Positions 30,294 to 41,300 of a stretch of DNA of 64,000 nt are shown piece after piece. The notes beneath the pieces are model-generated. The model was not told where the DNA came from and made no database searches. It saw nothing but the letters and a program-made list of their open reading frames with translations. The stretch comes from Bradymonadia bacterium (GTDB lineage: Bacteria; Myxococcota_A; Bradymonadia; UBA7976; UBA1532), in assembly GCA_046290225.1 (NCBI GenBank), contig JBKAGE010000078.1, forward strand, positions 160,001 to 224,000, read 5' to 3'. A program made the position numbers and the translations under genes. The first letter of the stretch is position 1. Each line of letters begins with the position of its first letter.

Positions 30294-33200
30294 ATGTCCA
30301 GAGGCAATCCACCCCCACCCTTCTCTCTGGGCCTCGCCCGGGCCCTCAACGGGTCGGACGTGGTCCCTGATCTCTTCGGCCGTGTAGATGAGCTCGGGCG
30401 ACTGAGAGGGCTGCTCGAGGAAACTCGGCAGACCCAATCGGGCCGCTCCGCGCTGGTCACCGGCATCCCAGGCATCGGCAAGAGCCGCCTGCTCACTGAA
30501 TTCAAGCGTGAGCTGACCGCCCGGAGCGAGGTGGTCTTCGAGGCCCGCTGCCAGCCTGCAGATGGCCGCCCATATGGTGCGCTCACTGATCTTCTGGGTC
30601 GTGGCGCTCAGCTGCTCGCCGATCTGGGCGCTCCCGGACACCACATCGATCACGCCCTGGCTCTCATCGCCGGCCAGCCGGGCCCTGTGGCGCATGACCC
30701 GGAAGCTGATCCCGTGGACCAGCGACTTCGCTTTCCGGAAACCCTCCGCAGAGCCTTCATCGAGCTCGCCGCCGTACGTCCTGTTGTCTGCCTCGTGCAC
30801 GACGTGCATCACGCCGATCCGGCCACCCTCCGCGTGCTCCACTACCTCGTAGAGAACCTGCTGGCCGATCCGGCTTTTGCCTGGATCACCGAGGGGCTCG
30901 CCGCCGATCAAGCGCCGGCACCTGAGCAATTTCAGGGCTTGCTGGTGATGTCTTTCGAAGAAGGGCCCACGACACGACCACTCATCGAGTTGTCCCAGGC
31001 GAGCAGCGCCGTGGCCCACCTCGCTCTCGAAGGGCTCGACGAAGCGGGGATCAGAGCATTCCTGCAGTCGGATCTGGTGGTGAAGCGGGTCATGCAGGCC
31101 ACTGAGGGGGTCCCGCTGGCTTTAAGCCACCTTCTGGCCTCGATTCCTCGACAACCCATCGACTTCTGGGCCCAGCGCCTGAAACAGGCAGCTCAAGCCG
31201 CAGGGCCGGTCCTCGACGTCCTGGCGGCCTTCAACCGGCCTGTGGCTTTCGAACAGCTGAGGGTTCTGCTGGCGTCACCGGAGATGGCCGCAGCTCAACT
31301 GCCTCTACTGGTGGAGAGTGGCCTGGTAAAGCGCACGCTCGATCGAGGAGAGGCGCTGTTCACCTTCGTCCGCAGCGACGCCCGGCTGACACACTACCGG
31401 GCCATGTCCGCCGATCGCCGACGCCTCGTACACGTGCACATCGCCGAGCATCTCTCCGGCGGCGCTGGCCTCGGAGTCCCTGCAGAAGAGGTCGCCCAGC
31501 ACTTCATCGCCGCTGAGGTCCCAGAGCGAGCGCTCACCTATGCCCTCATGGCCGCCGACCGCCTCGAGGCAGGGCAGTCCTATGCCCGGGCCGCCCGGCT
31601 TCTGGAGCAGGTGGTCGACGCGGCGAGCGGGGCAGATCGACTCACGGTGCTGGATCGACTCTCGGCCTTGTACGTGCTCACGGGGCTCTACGACGCAGGC
31701 ATCGAGACCACCATGGCCACCACGGCCGTCGATCCCGATGCGCTGCGCGATCCTGCACGGGCACTGCACCTCACCCGTTTGTACTTGCTCGCTGGTAAAC
31801 CGCGCCTCGCAGCACAGGTGGTCGATGAAGCCATCAGCACGGGAGTGAGCGTTCCCACGGCCCGGCGGGCGCTCTGGTCTCTCGCAGGAGAAGCGCAATA
31901 TCTGCTCGGCGCCGGTGACGAGGCCCTTGCCCGATGCGAGAACTTCGACACCTCGTCGGTCGACCGCCACGCCCTCTCGATCCGCAACACCCAGGGCAAG
32001 GTCTTTCTCTCGCGGGAGGCCCACGAGCGGGCCTACGAGCTCTTCGCCCGCAACCTCGACGATGCCCGAGCCATCGGCGACGCCACGCAGGAGCTCAAAG
32101 CGCTGCTCAACCTCGGCGTGGTCCATCTGCAACGGGGTGACACAGAAGGCGCCACCGAGGCCTTCGAGCATGCCCAACGTCGGGCAGAAGCCCACGGCGA
32201 CCTGCTCCATCTCGCCATCGCCTTGTTCAACCTCGGCGTGCTCTATCACCGCCACCAACGGTTCTCTCAAGCGCTCGAGGGCTACCACCGCGCAGCCTCG
32301 GCCTTCCGAAAGCTCGGAGAGCACACCAAGGTGGTGAGCGCCATCCTCAACCTCGCAGATCTCTACGTCACCGTGGGTGATCTCGATCGAGCCCAGCGCC
32401 TCGTGGCCATCGCCCGGACCAACATCACCATGGGTCGCGGCCCTGCGAGCACAGCCCAGGTGATGCTCCTCGAGGGCGACATCGCCCGAGCTCAGGGGCA
32501 GCTCGACCTCGCCGCAGCGCGATATGAGGAGGTCTGCCAGGAGGTGGAGCGCGGAGGTCACCATCTCCGGCTCGGGCAGGTCTTGTGGGCTCAGGCCGAG
32601 CTGATGCTCGAGAAAGGCGATCTCACTGCAGCAGGCCACCTTCTCGACCGCGCCGAGGAGCTGCCAGAGACCACGCGCACCAGCAGCCTCAGCGCACGCT
32701 GGCGCATGACTCGGGGCACGGTCTTCGAAGCCATGGGCGAGCCCCAAAAGGCCCTCGATGTGCTCAAGATGGCGTGTGAAGCCCTCGAGGCCCTCGATGA
32801 CCGCGACGTGCACGGTCAGGCCCTCTGGCGCCTCGCCCGTGCGCGCTGGGCGGTCTCTGATCGCCCCGGCACCCTCGAAGCTCTGGCCCGGGCGTCGGAG
32901 GCCATGCAGGCCGTGGCCAGCGAGCTGCCTGATCATCTCAAGGGCCGATACCTCAGCAGCGGCGCCCGCAAAGAGATCCGTGAGGCGCTGACGCGTGTGC
33001 GCGCAGGCCGAGCGCCCAAGGCGCCGCTGAAAGCTCAGCCCAGAACTGAGCAGATGCCCCGACAGTCCCTCGCCTTCAACCCCGCCTGGGAAGGTCGATA
33101 CCCCCACATCATCGGCCGCGCCGACGCGCTCTACTCTGTGTTCAACACCCTCGACAAAGTCTCGGGCTCGAGCAACATGGTCCTCCTCCGAGGCGAGTCG

Positions 33201-34238
33201 GGCACAGGCAAAGAGCTCGTGGCGGCGGCGCTCCACCGAAACAGCCCGAGACACGGCCACCCCTTCATCAAGGTGAATTGCGCAGCCTTTGTGGAGACCC
33301 TGCTGCTCAGCGAGCTGTTCGGCCACGAGAAAGGGGCGTTTACGGGTGCTGTGACCCGAAAGAAAGGCCGCTTCGAGCTCGCCGACAAGGGCACGCTGTT
33401 CCTCGACGAGATCGGCGACATCAGCCCCAACACGCAGGTGGCCTTGCTTCGCGTGTTGCAGGAAGGCGTCTTCGAGCGCGTGGGCGGCTCCGAGTCCATT
33501 CAGGTGGACGTCCGGGTGATCTGCGCCACCCACCGCAACCTCGAGGCCATGGTGCGTGACGGTGAGTTCCGCGCCGATCTCTACTATCGACTCCGCGGCG
33601 TGATCATCGAGCTACCCGCCCTCCGAGATCGCCAGGGCGACATCCCCCTGCTCGTGGAGCACTTCCTCAATCGCAGAGTTCGAGCCGGCCAGCGCCCCCT
33701 CCGGTTCAGCAGAGAGGGGTTGGCGAGCCTGATGGAGCACGACTGGCCAGGAAACATCCGCGAGTTGGAGAACGTGGTGCGCAGCGTGGCGCTCTTTGCC
33801 GACGGTGACACCATCGGCCTCGGCGAGCTGGGCGAGCTGACAGACATTTTTAAGCCGCCCTCAGAAGAGTCCCTTCTGCACCTCGACGAGCTCACTCACG
33901 CGCGGCAGACGCCCCCCCCGCCGATCCCCGTTTCAGCCGCAGTGGAGGCCCCTTCACCCACCCCTCCGGAGGGCCCCACGGGCGAGGCAGAGGCCCCTTC
34001 ATCCCCCTCCGCCCGCCTCGTAGAGGACTGGTTGAGTCAGCTGCTGGAGGAAGAAGGAAGTTTGTCCGATGTAAAAAAGCGCATAGAATTCGAGGCCATC
34101 GCCCGAGCTCTACGTTCGACCCACGGGAATATCACCCGGGCGGCGGAGAAATTGGGGATGAAAAGGCCGCGACTTTCGCAGATAATCCATGGGAATCAGG
34201 CCCTCGGCCAACTCAAACGAGAGGTGAGCCAGTCATGA
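30294..34238 (+). CDS. Sigma54-dependent enhancer-binding protein with N-terminal STAND-type NTPase and TPR array
   Basis: LFGRVDEL...GIPGIGKS; TPRs (ALLNLGVVHLQRGD, ALFNLGVLY, AILNLADLY); GESGTGKE, ELFGHEKGAFTGA, LFLDEIG, WPGNIRELEN; Fis-type HTH. Confidence 0.9.
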   Translation: MSRGNPPPPFSLGLARALNGSDVVPDLFGRVDELGRLRGLLEETRQTQSGRSALVTGIPGIGKSRLLTEFKRELTARSEVVFEARCQPADGRPYGALTDLLGRGAQLLADLGAPGHHIDHALALIAGQPGPVAHDPEADPVDQRLRFPETLRRAFIELAAVRPVVCLVHDVHHADPATLRVLHYLVENLLADPAFAWITEGLAADQAPAPEQFQGLLVMSFEEGPTTRPLIELSQASSAVAHLALEGLDEAGIRAFLQSDLVVKRVMQATEGVPLALSHLLASIPRQPIDFWAQRLKQAAQAAGPVLDVLAAFNRPVAFEQLRVLLASPEMAAAQLPLLVESGLVKRTLDRGEALFTFVRSDARLTHYRAMSADRRRLVHVHIAEHLSGGAGLGVPAEEVAQHFIAAEVPERALTYALMAADRLEAGQSYARAARLLEQVVDAASGADRLTVLDRLSALYVLTGLYDAGIETTMATTAVDPDALRDPARALHLTRLYLLAGKPRLAAQVVDEAISTGVSVPTARRALWSLAGEAQYLLGAGDEALARCENFDTSSVDRHALSIRNTQGKVFLSREAHERAYELFARNLDDARAIGDATQELKALLNLGVVHLQRGDTEGATEAFEHAQRRAEAHGDLLHLAIALFNLGVLYHRHQRFSQALEGYHRAASAFRKLGEHTKVVSAILNLADLYVTVGDLDRAQRLVAIARTNITMGRGPASTAQVMLLEGDIARAQGQLDLAAARYEEVCQEVERGGHHLRLGQVLWAQAELMLEKGDLTAAGHLLDRAEELPETTRTSSLSARWRMTRGTVFEAMGEPQKALDVLKMACEALEALDDRDVHGQALWRLARARWAVSDRPGTLEALARASEAMQAVASELPDHLKGRYLSSGARKEIREALTRVRAGRAPKAPLKAQPRTEQMPRQSLAFNPAWEGRYPHIIGRADALYSVFNTLDKVSGSSNMVLLRGESGTGKELVAAALHRNSPRHGHPFIKVNCAAFVETLLLSELFGHEKGAFTGAVTRKKGRFELADKGTLFLDEIGDISPNTQVALLRVLQEGVFERVGGSESIQVDVRVICATHRNLEAMVRDGEFRADLYYRLRGVIIELPALRDRQGDIPLLVEHFLNRRVRAGQRPLRFSREGLASLMEHDWPGNIRELENVVRSVALFADGDTIGLGELGELTDIFKPPSEESLLHLDELTHARQTPPPPIPVSAAVEAPSPTPPEGPTGEAEAPSSPSARLVEDWLSQLLEEEGSLSDVKKRIEFEAIARALRSTHGNITRAAEKLGMKRPRLSQIIHGNQALGQLKREVSQS

Positions 34239-35221
34239 AGATGCGACGCCCCATTCAGCGACACCGCTTCTTCTCCCGCACCCACGTCGGTGTGCTGGCT
34301 GGTGCCCTCATGGCGCTGACGGCCTGTGGCGAGGGTCTGCACGACGATGCTGGCCTCTCCGGCGCCGAAGCTGCCCCGACCCATGACTCTGCCGCTGACG
34401 GTCTGCACATCACCCCTCATGTCGAGCTCCTCGGTCTCGAAGACATCTACGCCGACTTCGAGCTGACGCACCTCGACTTCACCGCCCGCCTGTTCCTGTT
34501 GCCTGCTGATGGCAGTGCCGCGGGTGTGAGCGCCGAGCTCGACGTGGCCTTCGAGAACGGCCACGTCTACACCACACTCAACACAGAGCAGCTGGTCCTG
34601 GCTCAGGGCGGCACCTACGACGTGCTCCTGGGCATCTACCCCGCTTCGAGCCGCGCCTCGGTGGTCATCGGCGGCAAGGTCGACCTGCCTGCGCAGGACG
34701 TGCCAGGCCTCGACGCCCGCGGGAAGGCTGAAGAGGGCGACGACTTCGACGAGATGCCCAACCTCGAGCCGGTGCCCATGCCCGCCCGCAACCCGGCGGA
34801 CGATCCTGGCGAGGCCTCTTCGGGGAACGACGAGCCGGTGCCCATGCCTGCCCGCAACCCCGAGTCTTCTGATCCGCACTCTGAGCCGGTGCCCATGCCC
34901 GCTCGCAACCGCGGAAAGGGCGATCTGCCAGAAGAGCACGAGTCCAGCCACAACGAGGTGGGCATCCCCGGTGAGTACGAGGTGTCAGGCGCGGGTGAGC
35001 CCGTCTTCGTTCAGTCCCGTCGCATCTTCGAGTTCCGCGTGGGCCGCATCGCCCTCACGGATGACACCCGCGAGCTGTGGGTGACCTGGGATGTGAGCGA
35101 ATGGCTCAGCAACCTCATCGCCGATGCCTTTGGTGAGCCCACTGAAGACTCCACGTCGAACGATCCGAACGACGGCTTCTCGGATACGACCCGCAGCTTC
35201 TCCCTCTCGAGTCGCAACTAG
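34235..35221 (+). CDS. Hypothetical acidic lipoprotein with three EPVPMPARN repeats
   Basis: Lipobox LMALTAC; ATGA overlap with the activator; GAGG RBS. Confidence 0.8.
   Translation: MKMRRPIQRHRFFSRTHVGVLAGALMALTACGEGLHDDAGLSGAEAAPTHDSAADGLHITPHVELLGLEDIYADFELTHLDFTARLFLLPADGSAAGVSAELDVAFENGHVYTTLNTEQLVLAQGGTYDVLLGIYPASSRASVVIGGKVDLPAQDVPGLDARGKAEEGDDFDEMPNLEPVPMPARNPADDPGEASSGNDEPVPMPARNPESSDPHSEPVPMPARNRGKGDLPEEHESSHNEVGIPGEYEVSGAGEPVFVQSRRIFEFRVGRIALTDDTRELWVTWDVSEWLSNLIADAFGEPTEDSTSNDPNDGFSDTTRSFSLSSRN
34766..34909 (+). repeat. Three 27-bp in-frame coding repeats (EPVPMPARN)
   Basis: Copies at 34766-34792, 34832-34858, 34883-34909; only synonymous differences. Confidence 0.95.
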
Positions 35222-35224
35222 CTG

Positions 35225-35285
35225 GCTCCGGCGCTTCGGTGGCGCCAGCCGCTCTTTGCTCCGGCGCTTCGGCGGCGCCAGCCGC
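35225..35285. repeat. Two 28-bp REP-like hairpin direct repeats
   Basis: gctccggcgcttcggYggcgccagccgc at 35225-35252 and 35258-35285, one mismatch. Confidence 0.85.
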
Positions 35286-35500
35286 CGTGACGCCGACGAT
35301 TTCACGCACAGATACGACTTTTCCGTCCTCGACGCAGCGCTGCTGCGCCTGCGGGTGAAAACCCGCATCTGCACGCAAACTCGCCGACCTCACGACGACT
35401 GTCGCCACCTACGCACCTCCGCGGGGCACGTACATGGCGTTTTTTTGTTGGATTGGGTGCGGACACTTCTGATGAGGAAATTTGGCCTGCTGAGAAGGGA

Positions 35501-38113
35501 TCAGTTGGCCTTGTTGAAGGTCAGGTGGTTGCCATCGACGTCGATGTAGATGGTGTCGCCTTCGACGAAGTGACCAGAGACGAGCTGTAGGGCGAGAGGA
35601 TTCTCGAGGTGGCGCTGGATGGCTCTCTTGAGGGGACGGGCGCCGAAGCTGGGATCGTAGCCGGATTCCAGGATGAGCGCCTTCGCCTCCGGGCTCAGGC
35701 TCATCGTGAGTTTGCGGTCCGCGAGACGTCCTCGGAAACGATCCAGCTGCACATCGATGATGCGCTCCAACTCTGCTCGATCGAGGCGGTCGAAGATGAC
35801 CACATCGTCGACGCGGTTGAGAAACTCGGGGCGGAAGTGGCCCTTGAGCGCCGCATTGACTTCAGCTTGCATCTGCGCCCGCTCGTCTCTGCTGTAGCTC
35901 TGGATCGCCTCCGAGCCCAGGTTGCTGGTCATGATGATCACCGCGCTCTCGAAATGCACCACCCTGCCCTGTCCATCGGTGAGGCGACCGTCGTCCAGGA
36001 GCTGAAGCAGCACATTGAAAACATCAGGGTGAGCCTTCTCGATCTCGTCGAGCAAAATCACCGCATAGGGTCGCCGGCGCACAGCTTCTGTGAGCTGACC
36101 GCCCTCTTCGTAGCCCACATAGCCCGGGGGGGCGCCGATGAGCCGCGCCACGGCGTGACGCTCCATGTACTCCGACATGTCGATGCGCACGATGGCCTTC
36201 TCGTCATTGAACAGCGTCTCGGCGAGGCTGCGAGCCAGCTCCGTCTTCCCCACCCCGGTGGGCCCCAGAAACAAGAAGCTGCCGATGGGCCGGTTGGGAT
36301 CAGACAGACCTGCCCGTGAGCGGCGGACAGCGTTGGCCACCGCTTCGACGGCATCGTGCTGGCCGATGACCCGCCTGTGCAGGTGATCTTCGAGGTGGGC
36401 GAGCTTCTCCTGCTCGCCTTGCAACATGCGGTCTACGGGGATACCCGTCCAACGACTGACCACCGTTGCGATGTCGTCGGGGCTGACCTCCTGAATCAAG
36501 AAGCTGCCCTTCTCCTGGATGGCGTTCACATCTGCCTCGGCCTGATCGATCTGCTGTCGCAGGCTCTGCACCTGACCGGCGATCTCGGTGACCTCCTGAT
36601 ACATGCGCTCCCGCTCGGTGTAGCTCTGCACCAGAGGTAGACGCTGCCGCAGTCGCTCTTCCTGGCTGGCGGCTTCCTCCAGCTTCTCACGCAGCTCACT
36701 CACCCGCTCGATGGCCCGCTTCTCGGCCATCCACGTCTCCGTGAGCGCCTGTGACTGCAGCCGCAGAGCAGAGAGCTCTTCCTCCACCGAGGCGAGGCGC
36801 GCTCTGGAGGCGTCGTCGCTCTCATGGGTGAGCGAGACGCGCTCGATCTCCAAGCCTGTGATCTGCCGCTCCACGGCGTCGATGGCTTGCGGCCGGCTGT
36901 CCAGCTCCAGCCTGATGCGGCTCGCCGCCTCGTCCATCAGGTCGATGGCCTTGTCGGGCAGCTGACGATCAGTGATGTAGCGGTTCGACAAAGTGGCTGC
37001 AGCAACGAGGGCGGCATCCTGAATCCGAATGCCGTGGTGCACCTCGTACTTCTCTCGCAGGCCACGCAGAATCGAGATGGCATCGGCGACGGTGGGCTCA
37101 CCGACGTAGACCGACTGGAACCGGCGCTCAAGGGCGCCATCTTTCTCGATGTACTTCCGGTACTCATCGAGGGTGGTGGCGCCCACACACCGCAACTCGC
37201 CACGGGCCAGAGCGGGCTTGAGCATGTTCGAGGCATCCATGGCCCCCTCTGCGGCCCCAGCGCCCACCAGGGTATGCAGCTCGTCAATGAACAGAATGAT
37301 GCGGCCGTCAGCGGTGCTGACTTCTTTGATGACCGCCTTGAGTCGATCCTCGAACTCTCCTCGATATTTTGCCCCGGCGATGAGGGCGCCGAGATCGAGG
37401 CTGAGCAGCTGCTTCTCTCGCAGCCCCTCGGGTACGTCACCAGAGATGATGCGGGCGGCGATGCCCTCGACGATGGCGGTCTTGCCCACCCCGGGCTCAC
37501 CGATGAGCACGGGGTTGTTCTTGGTGCGCCGCTGGAGCACCTGCATCACCCTCCGGATCTCGTCATCTCGCCCGATGACCGGGTCGAGCTTGCCCTTGTT
37601 CGCCAGCTCGGTGAGATCACGGGTGTACTTCTTCAGGGCGTCGTACTTCCCTTCAGGATCAGCCTCGGTGATGCGAGTGTTCCCCCGCATCTCTACGAGG
37701 GCAGTGAGCAAAGCGCTCTTCTTGATCCCCCGCCGCCGCAAGGCCTCTCCGACCCCACCCTTGAGCTGGAGCATGGCGAGGAGCATGTGCTCGGTAGAGA
37801 CATACTCATCACCCATCTGGTCGGCTTCTTTGGCGGCCCCCCGGGCCACCTGTGCCAGCTCAGAGCTCTCGGAAAGCGAGTGCCGCCCCTGTACGACGGG
37901 CTTGCGGCTCAGGATACCCTCGCAGTCTCGCTTGAGGGCCTGATGCTCAACGCCGAGCTTGTCGAGCAAACTCCGGGTGATGCCCTCATCCTGGTTGATG
38001 AGAGCGACGAGCACATGCTCAGGATAAAGCTCGGGGTGCCCAGCCTTCTGGGCGCTGCCCACGGCTTTGCTGAGAGCCTCGCGAGACTTGATGGTGAAGT
38101 TGTCGTAGTTCAT
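35501..38113 (-). CDS. clpB: ATP-dependent disaggregase ClpB
   Basis: GEPGVGKT and GPTGVGKT, long middle coiled coil, [20 protein letters not shown]. Confidence 0.96.
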   Translation of the reverse strand: MNYDNFTIKSREALSKAVGSAQKAGHPELYPEHVLVALINQDEGITRSLLDKLGVEHQALKRDCEGILSRKPVVQGRHSLSESSELAQVARGAAKEADQMGDEYVSTEHMLLAMLQLKGGVGEALRRRGIKKSALLTALVEMRGNTRITEADPEGKYDALKKYTRDLTELANKGKLDPVIGRDDEIRRVMQVLQRRTKNNPVLIGEPGVGKTAIVEGIAARIISGDVPEGLREKQLLSLDLGALIAGAKYRGEFEDRLKAVIKEVSTADGRIILFIDELHTLVGAGAAEGAMDASNMLKPALARGELRCVGATTLDEYRKYIEKDGALERRFQSVYVGEPTVADAISILRGLREKYEVHHGIRIQDAALVAAATLSNRYITDRQLPDKAIDLMDEAASRIRLELDSRPQAIDAVERQITGLEIERVSLTHESDDASRARLASVEEELSALRLQSQALTETWMAEKRAIERVSELREKLEEAASQEERLRQRLPLVQSYTERERMYQEVTEIAGQVQSLRQQIDQAEADVNAIQEKGSFLIQEVSPDDIATVVSRWTGIPVDRMLQGEQEKLAHLEDHLHRRVIGQHDAVEAVANAVRRSRAGLSDPNRPIGSFLFLGPTGVGKTELARSLAETLFNDEKAIVRIDMSEYMERHAVARLIGAPPGYVGYEEGGQLTEAVRRRPYAVILLDEIEKAHPDVFNVLLQLLDDGRLTDGQGRVVHFESAVIIMTSNLGSEAIQSYSRDERAQMQAEVNAALKGHFRPEFLNRVDDVVIFDRLDRAELERIIDVQLDRFRGRLADRKLTMSLSPEAKALILESGYDPSFGARPLKRAIQRHLENPLALQLVSGHFVEGDTIYIDVDGNHLTFNKAN

Positions 38114-38291
38114 GGCTCCCTCCACGCAATCACAGATGAGTCAATCCGCACGGGTGCCCTGGATCAAAACTCGATCTCGGACACGACCTGCTGGCTTGTG
38201 AAGACTGTCAGTCACCACCTTTGGACAAAAAGGGCTGACTCACCTCGGGTTGGATCGACCGTAAACACGATCGTGAGGGCTGCAAGCTGGT

Positions 38292-38351
38292 GCGGGATAA
38301 GCTGAGGCGGGGCCAACTGGGGCGAGGCCAGCTGGCGTGAGGCGAGCTCTG
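38292..38351. repeat. Four degenerate 15-bp tandem repeats
   Basis: gcgggataagctgag / gcggggccaactggg / gcgaggccagctggc / gtgaggcgagctctg. Confidence 0.5.
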
Positions 38352-38364
38352 CGGCCATCAGACC

Positions 38365-41300
38365 TTAATCGGTGGTGTGGCCCACGACCTTGCGGAGGTA
38401 GCGGAGGTCGGACATCAGGTCCACCATCTCGCCCAGGCGGCGCTCAGCCTCCTGGTAATCAGAGAGGCGAGCCGCGATCTCGGCGTCGGTGAACTCGGGG
38501 ATCACCACCTCGCCATTCTCGTCCTCACTGGGCAGGGTCTCCTGCCAGGCGTCGAAGGCCGCCGTCCACTCACCGTCGACGTAGGCCTGAGCGCGGGTCA
38601 GCAGCTCGAAGCTGATGGACCCGCCCTCGTAGGTCTCGGGGGCCTTGTAGGTGAGGCCAGTGGTCGGGTGCACGAAGGTGGCCACCGGGGTGCCCTCGAC
38701 GAACTGACGATCCTCGCCAGAGCCCGCCTCGATCACCGTGATGTACTCCACGAAGTCGTTCTTGGCGTCGTAGGTCGAGGTGTTGAACACCGCGCTCATG
38801 AGCAGGCCACGCCATGCGATGGAGTAAGGTAGGCCCGACTGCAGGCGGGGCATGCCCTCGGTCTCCGGAGCGAGGCCCGTACCGAAGGTGTTGTAGTCGA
38901 TGAGGCGGGGGGGCACCACGCCGTCCTGGCTGATGGCGCTGTTGAACGAAGTCGCCTCGCGATCACCGAGCATGCTGAACACCATGTCGCGGATCAGGTT
39001 CACGATCTCGGGACGGAAGGTGCGGTAGTAGCCGATGGAGAACCGACGGCTGTCACCGAGCCAGGCCCGGAAGAACAGCGAGCTGGTGTCGAACATCGAC
39101 AGCAGGAAGTTGGCCTTGTCGTAGTAGGTACCGATGTAGTCGACGTACCCGAGGTACTGATCGCTGAACTCGATGTTCTGCTTGCGACCCACACCCTCGG
39201 CGATCTCGATGCTGTCGGCCTCACAGGCCTCGCGATCCATGAAGCCCGCAGGCATGTAGACGTTCTCGTCGGCGCTCAGGCAGTAACGCCCGGGCTCGGG
39301 AATGCCCAACACCTGGCTGATGAAGTTCAGGCCCAGCACCACCGACTGCAACATGTCCTGCTCCAGGTACAGCTCGCTGTACTGGTAGAAGTAGTAGAAG
39401 CGGAAGGGGTAGGTCAGGTAGGCCTGCAGCCGGCTCTGGCGACCGAAGAAGCCGTTGATGAAGCTGAACTCCGTCCGGCCGCGACGGTAGTTGTTGAACA
39501 TGTAGTAGTTCCAGTAGTTCTGGATGGCCGATGCCACAGCTTCAGTATGGTTGGCGCCCTCGTCCCAGGTGCGGCAGGTCAGGTTGCCGTTGTAGATGTC
39601 GGCGCAGTACTCGTAGGGCACAGTGCGGTCGATCCACCACTCGTCGGCGTTGATGCGACGGTTGCCGGTGAGCATCTCGGTGTTGCGGAGCACACCGTCG
39701 ACACGCTGCTGGAGCAGGTCGTCGAAGAGCACGTCCTTGCGGGCGTTGAAGTTCTCGCTGCCACCGAAGAGGGACGGCAGGTGCTCGAAGCCGTGGATGA
39801 GGTTCGAGATGAAGGGCGCGTAGTACACCACCTTGGGCACCACGTTCTCGTCCCAAGCCTCCACTTGGCGGAAGTAGCCGAACTTGACGGCGGCGTAGTC
39901 GTACTTGCCGAGGCCCTTGGTGTCGCTGTGGAAGCGACCGCCGTAGTCCATGATCGAGCCGTACTGGTACTCGGGCAGGCGCTCGTTCTTCCACTCAGCA
40001 GGGTCGACGTTCTGACGGATCTGCCAGTACTCGTCCTGGTAGTTCAGGCTGTCGAAGCTCGAGGCGAAGTTGTGGGTCAGACCCACAGTGTGGCCGATCT
40101 CGTGGAGCATGACGGCCTTGTAAATCTCCCGACGCAGGGTCTGGTAGATGACCTCAGGATCCTCACCACGCAGGGACAAAGCCAGGCCGATGACCGAGTC
40201 GTCCATGAACTCGGGCAGGTACATGTTGCGGTCCATGAAGAACTTGTCGCGACCCTGAAGCTGCTCACGCAGACGACCGGGCTGCAACGCGATGTCCATG
40301 GCGAGATCCTCGACGTCGATGTCTTCCATGCCGGGGCCCTTGAGCTTCTCGGCGAGGATGAGATCACTGTCGGTGAGGAGCAGCGAGCGCATGCGGGGAT
40401 CAGCCTTGGCGCGGTCAAGGCGCACCTGAGCTTCGTCGGCGATGGCGCCACCGGCCTCCATGAAGGACGCGCTGTTGTCGCCGAGGCGACCCTTGGCGAA
40501 CTCCATGGCCATGGCGGGGTTGAGCTTCTGAGTCAGCTGAGTGATGGGGTCGAAGCCCTCGTCGAGGCGCTGAGAACCCATGCGACGGCGGACCTCGTCC
40601 TGCAGGTCAGCGGTGAGGAACTGAGGCTGGCCAGCAACGTTGGGGGTGTCGTCGACCCAGTTGTTGTAGCTCTCGCCGCTGATCAGGCCGCCGACGTACT
40701 CGTCGTCGTTGATGGCCAGGACGATGTCGGCGGCGTAGCGAGCGTAGCGATCGACAGCGGCGCCGTAGACGTAGGCGTTGCCGCTGATGATCTCGCCGGT
40801 CTCGGGATCCTTGGAGCTGGGGCCGAAGCCGAGGGGGCCGCCGGCCTGATCCTCGTTGACCCAGTAGACGTAGCTGTAACGCACGTCACCGACCTGCTGC
40901 CACTCGAAGCTCTGAGCGAGACCGCGCTTGACGCTCTCGTTGCGCAGGCCGGAGCAGGTGCGGATGAACATCTTGGTGGGGCTGTCCTCCTTGAGGCCCT
41001 CGCCGTAGGTGGCCTCTTCGACCACGCTCTCCATCTCGGGGTAGAGCCCGAGGTAACGCTGAACGCCAGCGTAGGAGCAGTTGTTCTCGCGGATCTGGAA
41101 CAGGGCCCGCTGATCGTAGTCACCGGTGAGGAAGATGCCGAAGTCGCCGCTGGCCTCGTAGTCGGCGGCGAGCTGGCTCTCGATCTCCTCGCGGCTCTTG
41201 CCGGTGGCGGACATGGCGCCGGCCATGTAGGCCTCGTTCCAGTCCTGACCGATCTCCACGGTGAGGGCCTTGAGATCCTCGGGGTACTCCACGTTCAGGT

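Noticed and set aside
30294..34238. Avs-type antiphage STAND protein
   Set aside because: The output is a sigma54 activator and HTH rather than a nuclease, protease or TIR effector, and there is no defence-island context
34766..34909. CRISPR-like pattern of 27-bp repeats with unique spacers
   Set aside because: Spacers are unequal (39 and 24 bp) and in frame, variation is synonymous, the repeats lie inside a CDS, and no cas genes are present
38126..38290. CIRCE heat-shock operator upstream of clpB
   Set aside because: No TTAGCACTC-N9-GAGTGCTAA match seen
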